Source: Lingula anatina (taxonomy: Eukaryota > Animalia > Brachiopoda). Taken from it: DNA of 64,000 nt. This document shows positions 1-11,801 of the stretch, piece by piece. Every line of letters starts with the position of its first letter. Within the stretch, counting starts at the first letter, position 1. Under the pieces are notes generated by a model. That model made no database searches. It saw only the letters and a program-made list of their open reading frames with translations, and had not been told where the DNA came from. The translations under genes and the position numbers were made by a program. The stretch is taken from contig CM120647.1 in NCBI GenBank assembly GCA_051362555.1, positions 8,928,001 through 8,992,000 of the forward strand, written 5' to 3'.

Positions 1-365
1 GGGGGTAGTAGCTCCGAGTATTCTAGACCAGTGACAACGCCACGTCTGTCGCACTGGGTCTGATGAAAATCTGAAATTTGGCCGATAGGAAGTCAAAATA
101 TTTTGCGCGAGTGACTTTTTTCAAGTTTGCGACAAATTAAAAGAGCTTTTGGATTCTTAAATGTCTGGACTAAGAGTTTCATTGAATAAGTTGTAAATAG
201 AAAACAAATGTCTACAAAGTTTCATGACAAGAACAAAAGTGCTGTCATTTGCTACCAGTAATACCTGGATTGCTCCATTTTAATCCTTTTCGTCTAAAAG
301 TAAAGACTAACTTAAAATACTTTTTTTCAAGGGACCCAGTGATCTGAATGAGTAGCAATGAGTAC

Positions 366-520
366 CTGTGCCATGTTGACTGAGGAGTAAGACTTCATGT
401 CATCTTCTGTGCTGTTCCAAGGCAAACCCAGCACTGTCAGGTCGCTGTACTTCTTGCTGTCCAGCCGCTTTGTTTTCACGTTGCGATTTTTCAGGGTCTC
501 ATCTCCTTTTCCTTTGTTCT
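366..520 (-). pseudogene. TARDBP: TDP-43 exon-3-like fragment (bipartite NLS + N-terminal part of RRM1), copy 1
   Basis: ENKGKGDETLKNRNVKTKRLDSKKYSDLTVLGLPWNSTEDDMKSYSSVNMAQ aligns with human [55 protein letters not shown]. Phase-1 acceptor (ttttag|AG) and phase-0 donor (CAG|gtactc) match the human exon 3 boundaries. The FGE core is deleted. Confidence 0.88.
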
Positions 521-975
521 CTAAAACGGTAACACATTCCAATTATTATTAAGAATGTTAATTGAATTATCAACACTTTGTTGTATCAATATTTCTATTA
601 TTTCCTGTGTAATCAATGACTGCGACATACTAATTATTGTTCGGACAAGTAGATTTTTCAGAATGTATGAATGTATGAATGAATGTATGAATGTATAGTG
701 TTAAGACCATACGATTTTTTCGAAGTTTTCAAAACAGCTTTTGATTTGATTTAGTTTATTATCTTATATCGTAATTCTAAAAATGCCAAGGTCTTAAAAT
801 TTTTAATTTATATTCAAATACAATACAATCCAAATTCATTAAAATTTGTATTCGGACCAGTGAATGCTGATTTAGACCAAAAGATTTTAGGAAAGTTTAG
901 GTCCAATAGCCAGTAAGGCGAAAAGCTTATGGCAAATCATTTAGGTCTATTTCTCACCCCAATAACACGGGTTAC

Positions 976-3790
976 CTTCAAGGGTTTTCCATCTCAGTGA
1001 AACACCACATGGCTTGGACGCTTCCCCGATGCAGCCACCTCGTAGACAAACCATTGCAGGACTCGCTGGACGCTTTTCCGATGCAGCCACCTCGAAGACA
1101 GACCATGGCAGGACTCGCTGGACGCTTCCCCGATGCAGACACTTCGTAGACAGAACATGGCAGGACTCGCTGGACGCTTCCCTGATGCAGCCACCTCGTA
1201 GACAGACCTTGGCAGGACTCGCTGGATGCTTCCCCGATGCAGCCACCTCGTAGACAGACCATGGCAGGACTCGCTGGACGCTTCCCCATTGCAGCCACCT
1301 CATAGACAGGACGTGGCAGGACTCGCTGGCACCAAGGATTGATGGAAGTAGCTGAAGTGTAGATGTGGCTCTCTTTTCCTTGCAGTTGTCAGTGGTAGCT
1401 CTAGTGAGAATCGCCATAATCGAGTTCTGTTAACAGAAATAAAAAATTGGATTAATGACTTTTCATCATATTTCAGTACTCTGCATTCAGGCTTACCCTT
1501 AAGAGTTTATGTTAACAGAAATAAAAACGGATTAATTTCTTTCCTACATATGTCAGCACTCTAGAGTCAGGCTTACCCTTAAGGGTTTTCCATCTCGGTG
1601 AAACAACATATTCCTGGGACGCTTCCCCAATGGAACCACCTCGTAGACAGACCATGGCAGGACTTGCTGGCACTAAGGGTTGATCTAAATGTAGATGTGG
1701 CCCTCTTTTCCTTGCAGTTGTCAATGGGAGCTTTATCGATAATAGCCATAATCTAGTTCTGTTAACAGAAAGAAAAAACGGATTATTGATTTTTCCAACA
1801 TATTTCTTTTAACAGAAAAAAAATGGATTAATGACTTTTCTAGATATGTCAGCACTCTGCAGTCAGGCTTACACTTAAGGGTTTTCTGTTAACAGAAATA
1901 AAAACGGATTAATGACTTTTCCTACCTATGTTAGCACTCTGCAGTCAGGCTTACCTATATGGGTTTTCCATCTCTGTGAAACACCATATGCCTGGGATGC
2001 TTCTCCATTGCAGCCACCTCGTAGACAGACCTTGGCAGGACTCGCTGGACGCTTCCCCGATGCAGCCACCTCGTAGACAGACCATGGCAGGACTTGCTGG
2101 ACGCTTCCCTATTGCAGCCACCTCATAGACAGGACGTGGCAGGACTCGCTGGCACCAAGGGTTGATGGACGTAGCTGAAGTGTAGATGTGGCCCTCTTCT
2201 CCTTGCACTTGTCAGTGGGAGCTCTATCGAAACAGAAAGAAAAAAGAATTAATGACTTTTTCTACCTATGTGTACGCTCTGCAGTCAGGCTTACCTTTAA
2301 AGGTTTTCCATCTCAGGGAAACACCACATGCCGTCGACGCTTCCTCATTGCAACCATCTTGTAGACAGACCATTGCAGGACTAGCTGGACGCTTCCCCGA
2401 TGCAGCCACCTCATTGACAGACCATGGCAGGACTCGCTGGACGCTTCCCCGATGCAGCCACCTCGTAGACAGGACGTGGCAGGACTCGCTGGCACCAAGG
2501 GTTGATGGACGTAGCTGAAGTGTAGATGTGGGTCTCCTTTCCTTGCAGTTGTCAGTGGTCAGTGGTAGCTCTAGTGAGAATCGCCATAATCGAGTTCTGT
2601 TAACAGAAAAAAAAACGGATTATGACTTTTCCTACATATTTCTGTTAACAGAAAGTAAAAAATTAATTAATGACTTTTCCTACATATGTCAGCACTCTTA
2701 AGGGTTTTCTGTTTACAGGAATAAAAACGGATTAGTGACTTTCTTTACCCATGTTAGTACTCTGCAGTCAGTCTTACCTCTGAGGGTTTTCCATCTCAGT
2801 GAATCACCATATGTCTGGAACGCTTTCCCATTATTGTCACCTCGTAGACAGACCATGGCAGGTCACTTTGGCACCAAGGATTACTGTATGTAGATGTGCC
2901 CCTCTTCTCCTTGTAGTTGTCAATGGGCGTTTTACCGAGAATCACCACATTCGAGTTCTGTTAACAGAAAGAAGAAACAGATTAATGACGTTTCCTACAC
3001 ATGTCTGTTAACAGAAATAAAAGCGGATTAATGACTTTTTCTACCCATGTTAGCACTCTGCAGTCAGGCTTACCTTTAAGGGTTTTCCATCTCATTGAAA
3101 CACGATATGCCTGGGACTCTTCCCCAATGGAGCCACCTCGTAGACACAAATCATGGCAGGACTCGCTGGCACTTAGGATTGATCGAAGTAGCTGAATTGT
3201 AGATGTGACCCATTTCTCCTTGTAGTTGTCAGTGGGAGCTCTATCGAGAATCACCTTTATCGAGTTCTGTTAACAGAAAGAAAAACGGCTTAATGACTTT
3301 TCATACAATGTACATATGTCACTACTCTGCACGGATTAATAACTTTTTCTACATATTTCTGTTAACAGTAATAAAAAATGGATTAATGAATTTTCCTCTA
3401 TATGTCAGCATTTTGCATTCAGGCTTACCTTTAAAGGTTTTCTGTTAACAGAAAAAAAAATAACGACTTTTCCTATCTATGTCAGCACTCTGCAGTCAGT
3501 CTTACCTTAATGGGTTTTCCATCTCAGTGAAACACCATATGCCTTGGACGCTTCCCCATTGCAGCCATCTTGTAGACAGACCATGGCAGGACTCGCTGGA
3601 CGCTTCCCTAATGCAGCCACCTCGTAGAGACGGACCTGGCAGGACTCGCTGGCACCAAGGATTGACCGACGTGTAGATGTGGCCCTCTTCTCCTTGCAGT
3701 TGTCAGTGGGAGCTCTATCGAGAATCGCCATAATGGACTTCCGGTAAAAGAAAGAAATACGGATTAATGACTTTGCCTACCTATGTCAGC
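976..3790 (-). repeat. Compound tandem array, copy 1: ~7 exon-like modules, 52-bp internal repeats, ~69-nt intron-like spacers
   Basis: 52-bp unit ggcaggactcgctggacgcttccccgatgcagccacctcgtagacagaccat (e.g. period 1056 to 1108). Recurrent minus-strand donor G|GTAAGC and acceptor TTTTTATTTCTGTTAACAG|. Confidence 0.95.
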
Positions 3791-4117
3791 ACTCTGCTTC
3801 CTGGACCTGGAATAGAAGAAACCTGGAATGCATGGAAATAAATGCAATGACACTACAAAAATAAAGCCCACAACAGCAGAAAGCCGATGACGTATCCTGC
3901 GAAGATTCCTGAGCAACGATTCCTCGTGGAGAGAAGCGAAGGTTTTAGCTGGCCAGCTTAGAGAAACGTCGAATCCACCGTCCAGACGACTCCTGTGAGC
4001 GATGCGTTGACTTGGGATGAGGAAAAGATTCGGAGAAACGTGAGTCCTGTGTCCTTATTGCTTGATACGGGGCGCAGTACATGGCATCCTTCTTGTTGCT
4101 CCAGATCTGTCTGCGTT

Positions 4118-4177
4118 GAATGAACGAAATTTCAAAATTTCGCGCTTTTATACCTTTAGTTGGTATATAGTCACATG
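4118..4177 (-). promoter_or_regulatory. Pol II core promoter (TATAAAA at -31, Inr TCATTC, upstream E-box CATGTGAC), copy 1
   Basis: Minus-strand TATAAAA at 4152-4146 and TCATTC at 4123-4118 with +1 A at 4121, exactly 31 nt from the TATA start. The same spacing holds in all three copies. Confidence 0.72.
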
Positions 4178-5740
4178 GTGGCGTTCCTGGTCAACTTGTT
4201 CATAGGGGGTGGTGTTTGATAGTGATGCGCAAAATTGATGATAATATCTTATTGACATATACATTTTATTTACTATTTTTTATTTTGATTATTCTGTTTA
4301 TCATTTTATTTTAAGATAAGAGTAATAAGTACTAAGCAGTGACTTCGAAATGTACAGGCATATTTGATGACAATTTCTGAGCAACATACCTTCTCCCCAA
4401 AATTATAATGGCCACGATGTCCGTTAAACCGGTACAGGTAGCCGTGAACTTCTCGCAGGCCACTATAGTACGTGCGTATACAAACACTGATCCAAAATGT
4501 GGGTAATGTAATAGGGCGTAGGGTGACTGCATTTTCGAGGCAGCCTGAGGGAGCATGATTGTTTTGATTGCAGTGAATTGTAGTGAGTCAATTGAAAATA
4601 CACTGGACTTCGTGCCTACAGCCACCTCAGTACTCCGTAACACATTTTGTTATCAACTGAGTTTTTATTCTGAGAAATGAAAAACAAGTTATTGTGATTT
4701 TAAGAAACGAAAGAAAGCAGCACTAGGTCAAATGAAAAAAAATCTTTATTTATATATACTAGGCAGTAGAAACAAATGAATATTTTTTGCATATAAAAGG
4801 TCTACTGGTATAGGTAATAATTATAAGCGGGCACCTCTCTTCATGGCTTTGGGTTATCAATACTCTGATGCCAGTAGCATGAGTGGAGAAAAAAAACAAA
4901 AATAAAAATAAATAAGACATTAAGATAAAAATTAAAATTAAATATTTCTGATTTATGATCCCCTTAATACTCAATTGAAAACTGCACTAATACACATTTT
5001 AATATTGTTTTAAATCTGAGTGGTCACTGGCATCCTTTCACATCTCCCTGACGGCCACACAACCTAAGTTGTCGAACACTGAGCTTACATGTTAATAAGT
5101 CAATTGCTTACTATCAATGTTTTTATGGCCAGGCACACAACAGCTCCATTTGTGTGTGTGTGTGTGTGTTTTTTTTTTCAGTGAGGTTGTCTTTGACTCG
5201 ACCCAGCTTGAAAATCGGACTCGAGCCTTGCTTCGCCTGCCACGAGTACACTCACTGTTTCTCCTTATATAGATCCGTTTGATATTTTTAAAAAATCGTT
5301 AAGAATTATCGAGAAAAAAGTTTGTTCAAGTGAAAAGATGTACTGCGATACTCGAGCGTTCATTTTCATAGATATCCCATATAAATAAATAAGTAATAAA
5401 AGTACCTCTGCAATTACAGTAATAAGAGATAACAGACAGTTATAGCTGTTTATATTTTACAGGGTTTGTTGAGAAATTGAGGAAATGTTAACAATGGAGA
5501 GTATTAATGTTATGGATATTGGACATGAGGAGTGCATGTCAATTACCCGGAGTTTCTGAGACAACGAGAAACTTTTCTTTCTGTAAGTTTAAGTAACACT
5601 CCGAGAATCGCAGGTCAGTCAAAACCCTACCATTATCAGGATGCCTGTGCGGTTTTTAACTTTTTTCCCATACTTTCCCAAATTTCGACGTTAACTGGAC
5701 ATGTAGCCATTATTCCAGTCTGAGGACCTCACTGTGGCTG

Positions 5741-5757
5741 TGTGTGTGCGCGTGTGC

Positions 5758-5822
<65 letters not shown>

Positions 5823-5825
5823 CAA

Positions 5826-5881
<56 letters not shown>

Positions 5882-5890
5882 AAGCAAATA

Positions 5891-5924
<34 letters not shown>

Positions 5925-5935
5925 CGTGTGTGTTG
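5741..5935. repeat. Compound (TG)n/(GA)n microsatellite
   Basis: Three TG-then-GA blocks. A shorter paralogous tract lies at 18229-18347. Confidence 0.95.
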
Positions 5936-6671
5936 TGGAAGTACTCTATCAACAAAAGGATTCTACGATGAATCGATTGTAAAAAAAAATAAAAATGAAA
6001 TAAAATAAAAAAAACGCTAATGTGGTGGTGGTGACAGTTACTGTATATCTCCTCATTACAATAAATTAAATCATTTCATGAACATGACAAACTACATACA
6101 TTGTATTGTATTGTAAAACGCTTCTACTATTATTTATTTCTTCTTGTTCACACACTCAAAATATCGATAATTCGAGATTTGTAACGATCACATTAATTGT
6201 AACGTCTCTCTAATAAAGGAAATGACATGTATTTAGTAGATAGCATTTGTAGTAAATGTTGTTGAGTCATAACATTTACGTAATAATTAGGTCTGAAAAT
6301 TTGCATTTTAAATATATAATTCAAGAAATTTGCTGGACCTAAACTTCAGTCTGTGTACAATCATTCCCCAAAGTTTCAGTTATTTTGGTCGCTTTGTCTT
6401 AATGTTGTGTTCTTTCCAAAATATGCTCCAAATGGCCTCCGCGGCACATGAGACACTCACATACGTCCTGCATAAATTGTCAGCTGCTCTAACAGATCAC
6501 TTCCTGTTGATCAGTCTCTCCTGAAATCTGCCAGGCTGAGGAATAATCTGATGTGTGGGGGTGACCCTGTTCTTGCTATATATATATGATACATACAAAT
6601 ATAATTATACATTTAAATAAAATCATTTTAATATGATTTCAATGAAAGGACGATGTACATATGTGCCACCT

Positions 6672-8189
6672 TTATGTAGTTGAGTTGGGGACCGAGCACG
6701 AAATACCGGGCATCGCCTTTGACAGCGAGTCGACCAACGTATTCTTGATAAAGTTGGCAAATTCCTCGTCACATTTCTTCGTAACGACTTTTATGTGGCA
6801 CTTTACAAGGCGTCTCATGGCCCTGGAAAAAAAGAAAACACTGGGGTTAAGATAGGCATATATGATTAATAGGATAACTAAATCCAGGGGCAAACGCAAA
6901 CGATGCTATAATATTACTTGGAGTTTCGACTTCAATTTTATCTTTTATCCAGCTTAAGACTTTCACATCAATACAACATCAATTATCAAAAACGTTGAAC
7001 TGAACCGCAGAATATCAAGAAAAAATGTAGAAATTAAAACCCCCTTTACACTGGACGGCGTACTTTTTGCGTCCTTTGTGCGACCATGAAACTGGCATCG
7101 CTGTGGTCGATGAAAGGAGGCACAAGCATCGCTTTGGTTGCAGAATGAATGCTCTATGGTCGGCCAGTTGGCACGTAAAGTATTTTTTTTTTTACTCTCA
7201 AAAGGGGCCGTGCTACGGGACGCACAAAGGTCGCCGTCCAGTGTAAAGGGGGCTTTAAACAAACATTAACTTACGAACAAACGGATGACTCTGTCGCAGT
7301 ACCCGCCATTGCCTTCCCTATCATCATTCCTAAAAATTCAGTCTTTGGTTTACACCTTCGTTCGGCAGCCATTGTATATCTTTGCATACATTCCTGATTT
7401 GGGAGGGTCACTGTAAAATGGTTAAGATAAAGATTAATTTTTATTTAGGCTATAAAAAATATACAATATCGGGAATAAAATGCTCTGAAAAAGCATCGAT
7501 TTAAAAAAAAATAGAAAATAAAAAAAAAAAACATGAGTTCTGTATGAATTTAAAAGTTTAAAACTGTACTCAAAGGAATGCTACTGAAGGATAAAAGCTA
7601 CATAAAATTGTTTACTACTCTTAAAAGCTTGATAAATACATTCCTTGGACAACCATAGACAACTTAAAAAAAGATGAAGTTAATTTCCCCGCCATTTTGA
7701 AGGGACTCAAAATGTCGTACTAATGGATTCTAGTTCCTTTCCAGGTCTGGAGTAGGCACTGTTATTTCTCTGTTCTTTAAATTGCTTATTTCGCTTGATC
7801 AAATTTGTGAAAACCAATTTCTTGTATAAGTTGGATTTTAATTTCATATTAATGAAAGAATAAATGTTTATTGATGAATGGCGGATATTAGATATAATCA
7901 AGCAGTAACTGCATATGAAGCTGACAGTTACATGTATTTAATACGAGAGGAGGCCAGAAAGTTTTAGGACAAATACCAATACAAAAATAAAAATAAGTTC
8001 TCAACATAACTTCATTAGAAGTGTAAGGAAGCTGTTTTCTCCTTCGAAAGTCAATTTACGGGAGGATTCTCGGGATTTTTTGGCGCCAGGTTTTAACTTG
8101 CTTTGTTAGAGGGCACGAATCGACTTCTTATCAAATGTTCTTCTCAGCAATGTAGCGTCCATTAGGGGCCATTACTATGTACATTATTT

Positions 8190-8226
<37 letters not shown>

Positions 8227-8528
8227 GGTCCCATTGGGGGGGGGGGGGGGGAAGGTAGTGATCACAGTTCCAAGATATAGAATCTACATTCACAAATCAC
8301 ATTTAATAAAATTTATTCATACCTTACTGAAAGTGCGCGTCGAAAATCCTGAAAACCACGAATCGCCGTTGTATAGTGATTTCGCTTCACAAAGGGCGGA
8401 GATTAAAAAGCCGAATTCATGAGTAGCGGAAATAGAGTGCTTCACGAATCATGCTAAATAAAATGAGTGTTTCACGCATCTCAGGAAATAAAAGTGACCT
8501 TCACTCGTAACGGAAATAGCAAACGGAC

Positions 8529-8603
<75 letters not shown>

Positions 8604-10100
8604 CTTACAGTTTCTCTCTAGCAGCCCACATGATGCATTAACACTGGATTGCAAGCTCTCTGCCGTCCCTCTGAAAAGCCTAGCAACTTGCGGATCGCAC
8701 GAATCTCTGCTCGCTACCTCTTCGATGCATTCAATAACCCTCGGGTAAATGCTAAAGAAAATAAAAGGAGGAAAAATATAATAATAATGACGATAATATA
8801 CAGACCGGTGTTAAAGGAGTGGTAGTCCTGGGAATGGACGTCCGGGGTCCCATATGATTAGTATAGGTTAGGGTTAGTCAGAGTATTGGGGTTAGTATAT
8901 GGGACGAATGTTACCTATATAAAGTAATGGGTAACGGTCTACGGTCCCAGAGAACTACTATTCCCGTCACACCGGCAAACGGACAGATAGGCTGACAGAC
9001 AGACAGGCAGACAGACAGGGAGAGATAGACAGACACACAGACAAACAAACAGACAGATAGACAATCAAATGTTGTAATAAATAAATAATACTTTAATTTT
9101 TTTAAATCTCTGCTGCTTTTAGATAGGCATACAGTTATATTAGAACCCTCGTTATTAAAAAAAAGTACCAAAATTCCAACACTTACTTGCAGATTTCTTT
9201 CAGGTCTTGAGCTGAGGGCGTATAATTGCCAGGCATCGCTTCCAAGGACATTGCTTTACTTTGGGTATAATCAATGAGATCTTGCATACACCCTTGAAGA
9301 TCTAGAGGGGTGCAAGTTCCTGAACGCTTCACCACTAAAAGGTAACACGGAATAACCAAGGCACCAGCTATTTTATTATTTATTTGATTTCATGACTTCC
9401 AACTCATTCAAGTATTCATCCATCCATATATTTCAATAAAAAATTTATGTTTTTCATGGTGAGATCTTTAATTATCTGATAGCCAATCTCTTGCAATATT
9501 TATTTTGTTTTCGTTAACTGGATTTAGAAGCGTGTGCTTATTTTTATCTTAATGTATAAACATTTTTAGAAAAAAAAATATTTGCACTACCATTTTGGTA
9601 TACTTTCCACTTTTTGGTTGCTATGCTTTTAATAGAATTCTTCTTACTCTCCTTTTTTGTCATTATATATATAGCGTACATATATACGCGTCTATTGGAA
9701 TGTTGCTTAAAAAAGTCTGATGTCGAAAGTTGGTTTTACTCTTGTAACAGGGTTAAATATTTTGCTGGAAATTTTTTTAAAGAAAACAGGTGGAAAAATC
9801 AAGAAATTTTGTCTCAAAAGGAATACACACACTTGGGGTGGAGCCCGTTTGTCGGTCTCTCAGTGGTAGGGAGAATAGAGCCCAAACAATGAGAGACTGT
9901 GTTACAGTCTCTTATAGATCTCGTTTTCCAGAAAACATGCCCTCACTAGCGCTTCGTGATGAGGTTGCAAATCAAAACGCAGTCAGAAATTTATCAAATT
10001 GCGAGAAAACAAAAGAACTTAAACCTCCTTCGGAAAACTTACCCCCAGCGTTGCACAGTGATACCAGAAACGCAAATCCTAAAACAGTAGCGGAGCCCAT
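6672..10100 (-). CDS. Secreted cysteine-rich protein, 211 aa, paralog A (two 6-Cys domains; family unassigned)
   Basis: Exons 10100-10043, 9334-9187, 8751-8609, 7410-7275, 6822-6672. All introns GT-AG with gtaagt donors, phases 1-2-1-2, CDS 636 nt. Protein: MGSATVLGFAFLVSLCNAG (signal peptide) VVKRSGTCTPLDLQGCMQDLIDY...EICNIYPRVIECIEEVASRDSCDP...QECMQRYTMAAERRCKP...SVCSAMRRLVKCHIKVVTKKCDEEF...ISCSVPNSTT*. Confidence 0.9.
7038..7254. mobile_element. MITE, PIF/Harbinger-like, in the last intron of paralog A
   Basis: TIRs ccccctttacactggacggcg / cgccgtccagtgtaaaggggg flanked by TAA/TTA. Also present in unit 2 (19473-19686). Confidence 0.8.
8191..8602. repeat. (GA)n microsatellites (8191-8222 and 8533-8602) and a G-run
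   Basis: Directly visible. The second tract abuts the exon-3 donor of the secreted-protein gene. Confidence 0.9.
8805..8975. mobile_element. Short non-autonomous element with imperfect TIRs and internal ggttagggttag
   Basis: Left end CCGGTGTTAAAGGAGTGGTAGTCCTGGGA. Right end reverse-complements to CCGGTGTGACGGGAATAGTAGTTCTCTGGGA. Confidence 0.55.
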
Positions 10101-10274
10101 GTTGCTCTTGAATTCTATATTCTGCAGGAACGATTTGGATATGGACAAGACCCAATGCTTTTATACCTTTAAACTAATAATGATTATCTCCTCATTAATT
10201 TCCGTTTCACTCAGGGCCACTCATTTGTTATTATAAACGCAATTTGAATTCAATTATCAACAATGATAAATTAA

Positions 10275-10449
10275 AGGGACCGTTCCTAAATATGTTTTTT
10301 ATTTTTGAAGATTCTCGGTTTGTCTCCCATCGTTTTGGTAATAAAGTCATCGTGTATCGGCGTGGAAATATGCTGTGAATACTGCGTCTAAATATGAGAA
10401 TGGAACTCCAAATTTGACGGGTTGACCAAAACAAGTTACAAGGGTCTCT
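10275..10449. mobile_element. TTAA-flanked MITE (Kolobok-like)
   Basis: TTAA|AGGGACC ... GGTCTCT|TTAA. Paralogous copy at 23240-23418. Confidence 0.55.
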
Positions 10450-11752
10450 TTAAATTGCGATTTCATAATATCATCCCTCCATTGAAATATCGATTTAACA
10501 TTCAGTATGAAATATTGACGAGATTGTAATTGAAAAGGAAATAGGCTGAATATTCTGCATGAAACGTCAAGTCGGTACATGTTTAATAAATTGTGAATTT
10601 CCGACCTGGATTACCCATCAGTTTGTGAAAAATATTATAGTTATTAACTGGTTATTTCGATTTCGTCAAAATAATTTCATAATAAATTGGATGTAGAATT
10701 AATTTCGTAAACCACAGTTTAGTCTCAAGGCCAATAGCGGATGGGGGGAAGGGGGCTAGACGAACATTATAAGTTTCTCAGACGGGTAAAGCGCGGGTGG
10801 AATCAAATGTCCAAACTGGCTGTCTTTGTGTGGATGTAAACGGTAATAAGTCTTCTTGAAATATGCAGAATTTTATATTTAAACGGGAATTTTCTACTAA
10901 GAGTAAGAAGTACCCAAAATCATTTTGAAAATGGGCCCTTTGACTTTCAATGTCATCGACCTAATTTCAATCTTTTCATTCGACTGTCTTGTCTATTAAT
11001 GCCTCTCTTAACACAACCATAGCTGATTATGGCGTAAGATCATCTTAGATGTGGTTTGTCAATCGAGTATGCGACAAAATATTAATTTATAATTAATTTA
11101 TTTAATGCTTAATTCGAATCGTTCCATGACTTAAAAGTTCTTTTTTTCTTCTTTTTTTTTGTGTGAGGATCAAGAAAAACGAAGCCCCTCTAGGAAATCC
11201 TGGATCCGCCCCTATATATAAGGTACCCCTTCTTTAACATCAAGAGGTGCTGGATTCTTACATCCACAGCGTGATAGATTTCTTTAAGATAGTCGTTGCT
11301 AGGGGCTCTAATCCGACTAAGGAAAGCCTAGGTATCTGCTCGAGTTACTCCCGGAGAAAAAGGTAACGCAACACCGCAGCTTTATTTCCAAAACCAAAAA
11401 TCAGTTTTATTACCTGGACATTGCCTGGTTTTATGGAAAAAATCTACTTGGCAGAAATCGACAAATCTTAAGTTTTAGTGAGATAAGGAGCAAATGAAAA
11501 GAATTTCGACTAATCGATAATTAAACAAGCCGCGCGCATATGCATGCAACTCTATTAAAATTAATTTGTAAGTCTGGTGATTATTTTGCCATCTGTACAC
11601 TACTTTTAATAAAAAGAAAAAATTAGAAAATATAATTTTATTCAACTTCTAAATACAATAACATTCAATTTCAAAATTACTTTAGTAATCATTAATGAAT
11701 CATGTAAACGCAATGAATCAATAAATGGTAGAACCCAATTCTCTCGGGCCGT

Positions 11753-11801
11753 GGGGAAAAACCCGTCTAAACCCTTCGTGGGGAATGCCGGGAAAGTGCC
11801 C
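11753..11801. promoter_or_regulatory. Cluster of three kappaB-like sites upstream of secreted-protein paralog A
   Basis: GGGGAAAAACCC, GGGGAATGCC and GGGAAAGTGCCC within 49 bp. Identical in unit 2 (~24839-24887). Confidence 0.4.

Larger units (their letters stand above)
1..4121 (-). other. TDP-43-derived spliced repeat transcription unit, copy 1 (lncRNA or chimeric gene; 3' end lies outside the window)
   Basis: TATA/Inr at 4152/4121, repeated exon array 3790-976, donor GAAG|GTAACC at 976, TARDBP exon-3-like exon 520-366, next acceptor tttcag|ATTTTC at 70. The ATG at 1417 reads in frame through these exons to TAG at 25-23 (214 aa). Confidence 0.6.

Noticed and set aside
56-90. CTGATGA...GAAA hammerhead-ribozyme-like core
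   Set aside because: There is no stem II between the motifs and no flanking helices. The sequence is explained as a minus-strand splice acceptor.
1886-1954. 69-nt introns as mirtrons or a miRNA cluster
   Set aside because: Only a 5-bp TGACT/AGTCA pairing is visible and there is no long hairpin joining the intron ends. Small-RNA data would be needed.
1014-3676. Plus-strand ORFs within the arrays
   Set aside because: They are antisense to the promoter and splice signals, are interrupted by the recurrent TAG, and have no independent support.
976-3790. CRISPR-like appearance of the regular repeat arrays
   Set aside because: The repeats are contiguous with no unique spacers, there are no cas genes, and the context is a spliceosomal eukaryotic locus.
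4332-4643. 103-107-aa minus-strand ORF upstream of the repeat-gene promoter (also 16831-17154)
   Set aside because: Non-ATG start, no recognisable domain, and disrupted by indels in copy 3. The similarity simply reflects the duplication.
5710-5971. ORFs made of HT/CV/ER/LS dipeptides (also 18182-18472, 46238-46834), and (TG)n as TDP-43 binding sites for the neighbouring unit
   Set aside because: These are translations of microsatellites. The TG tracts lie outside the predicted transcript and on the opposite strand, and similar tracts occur throughout the window.
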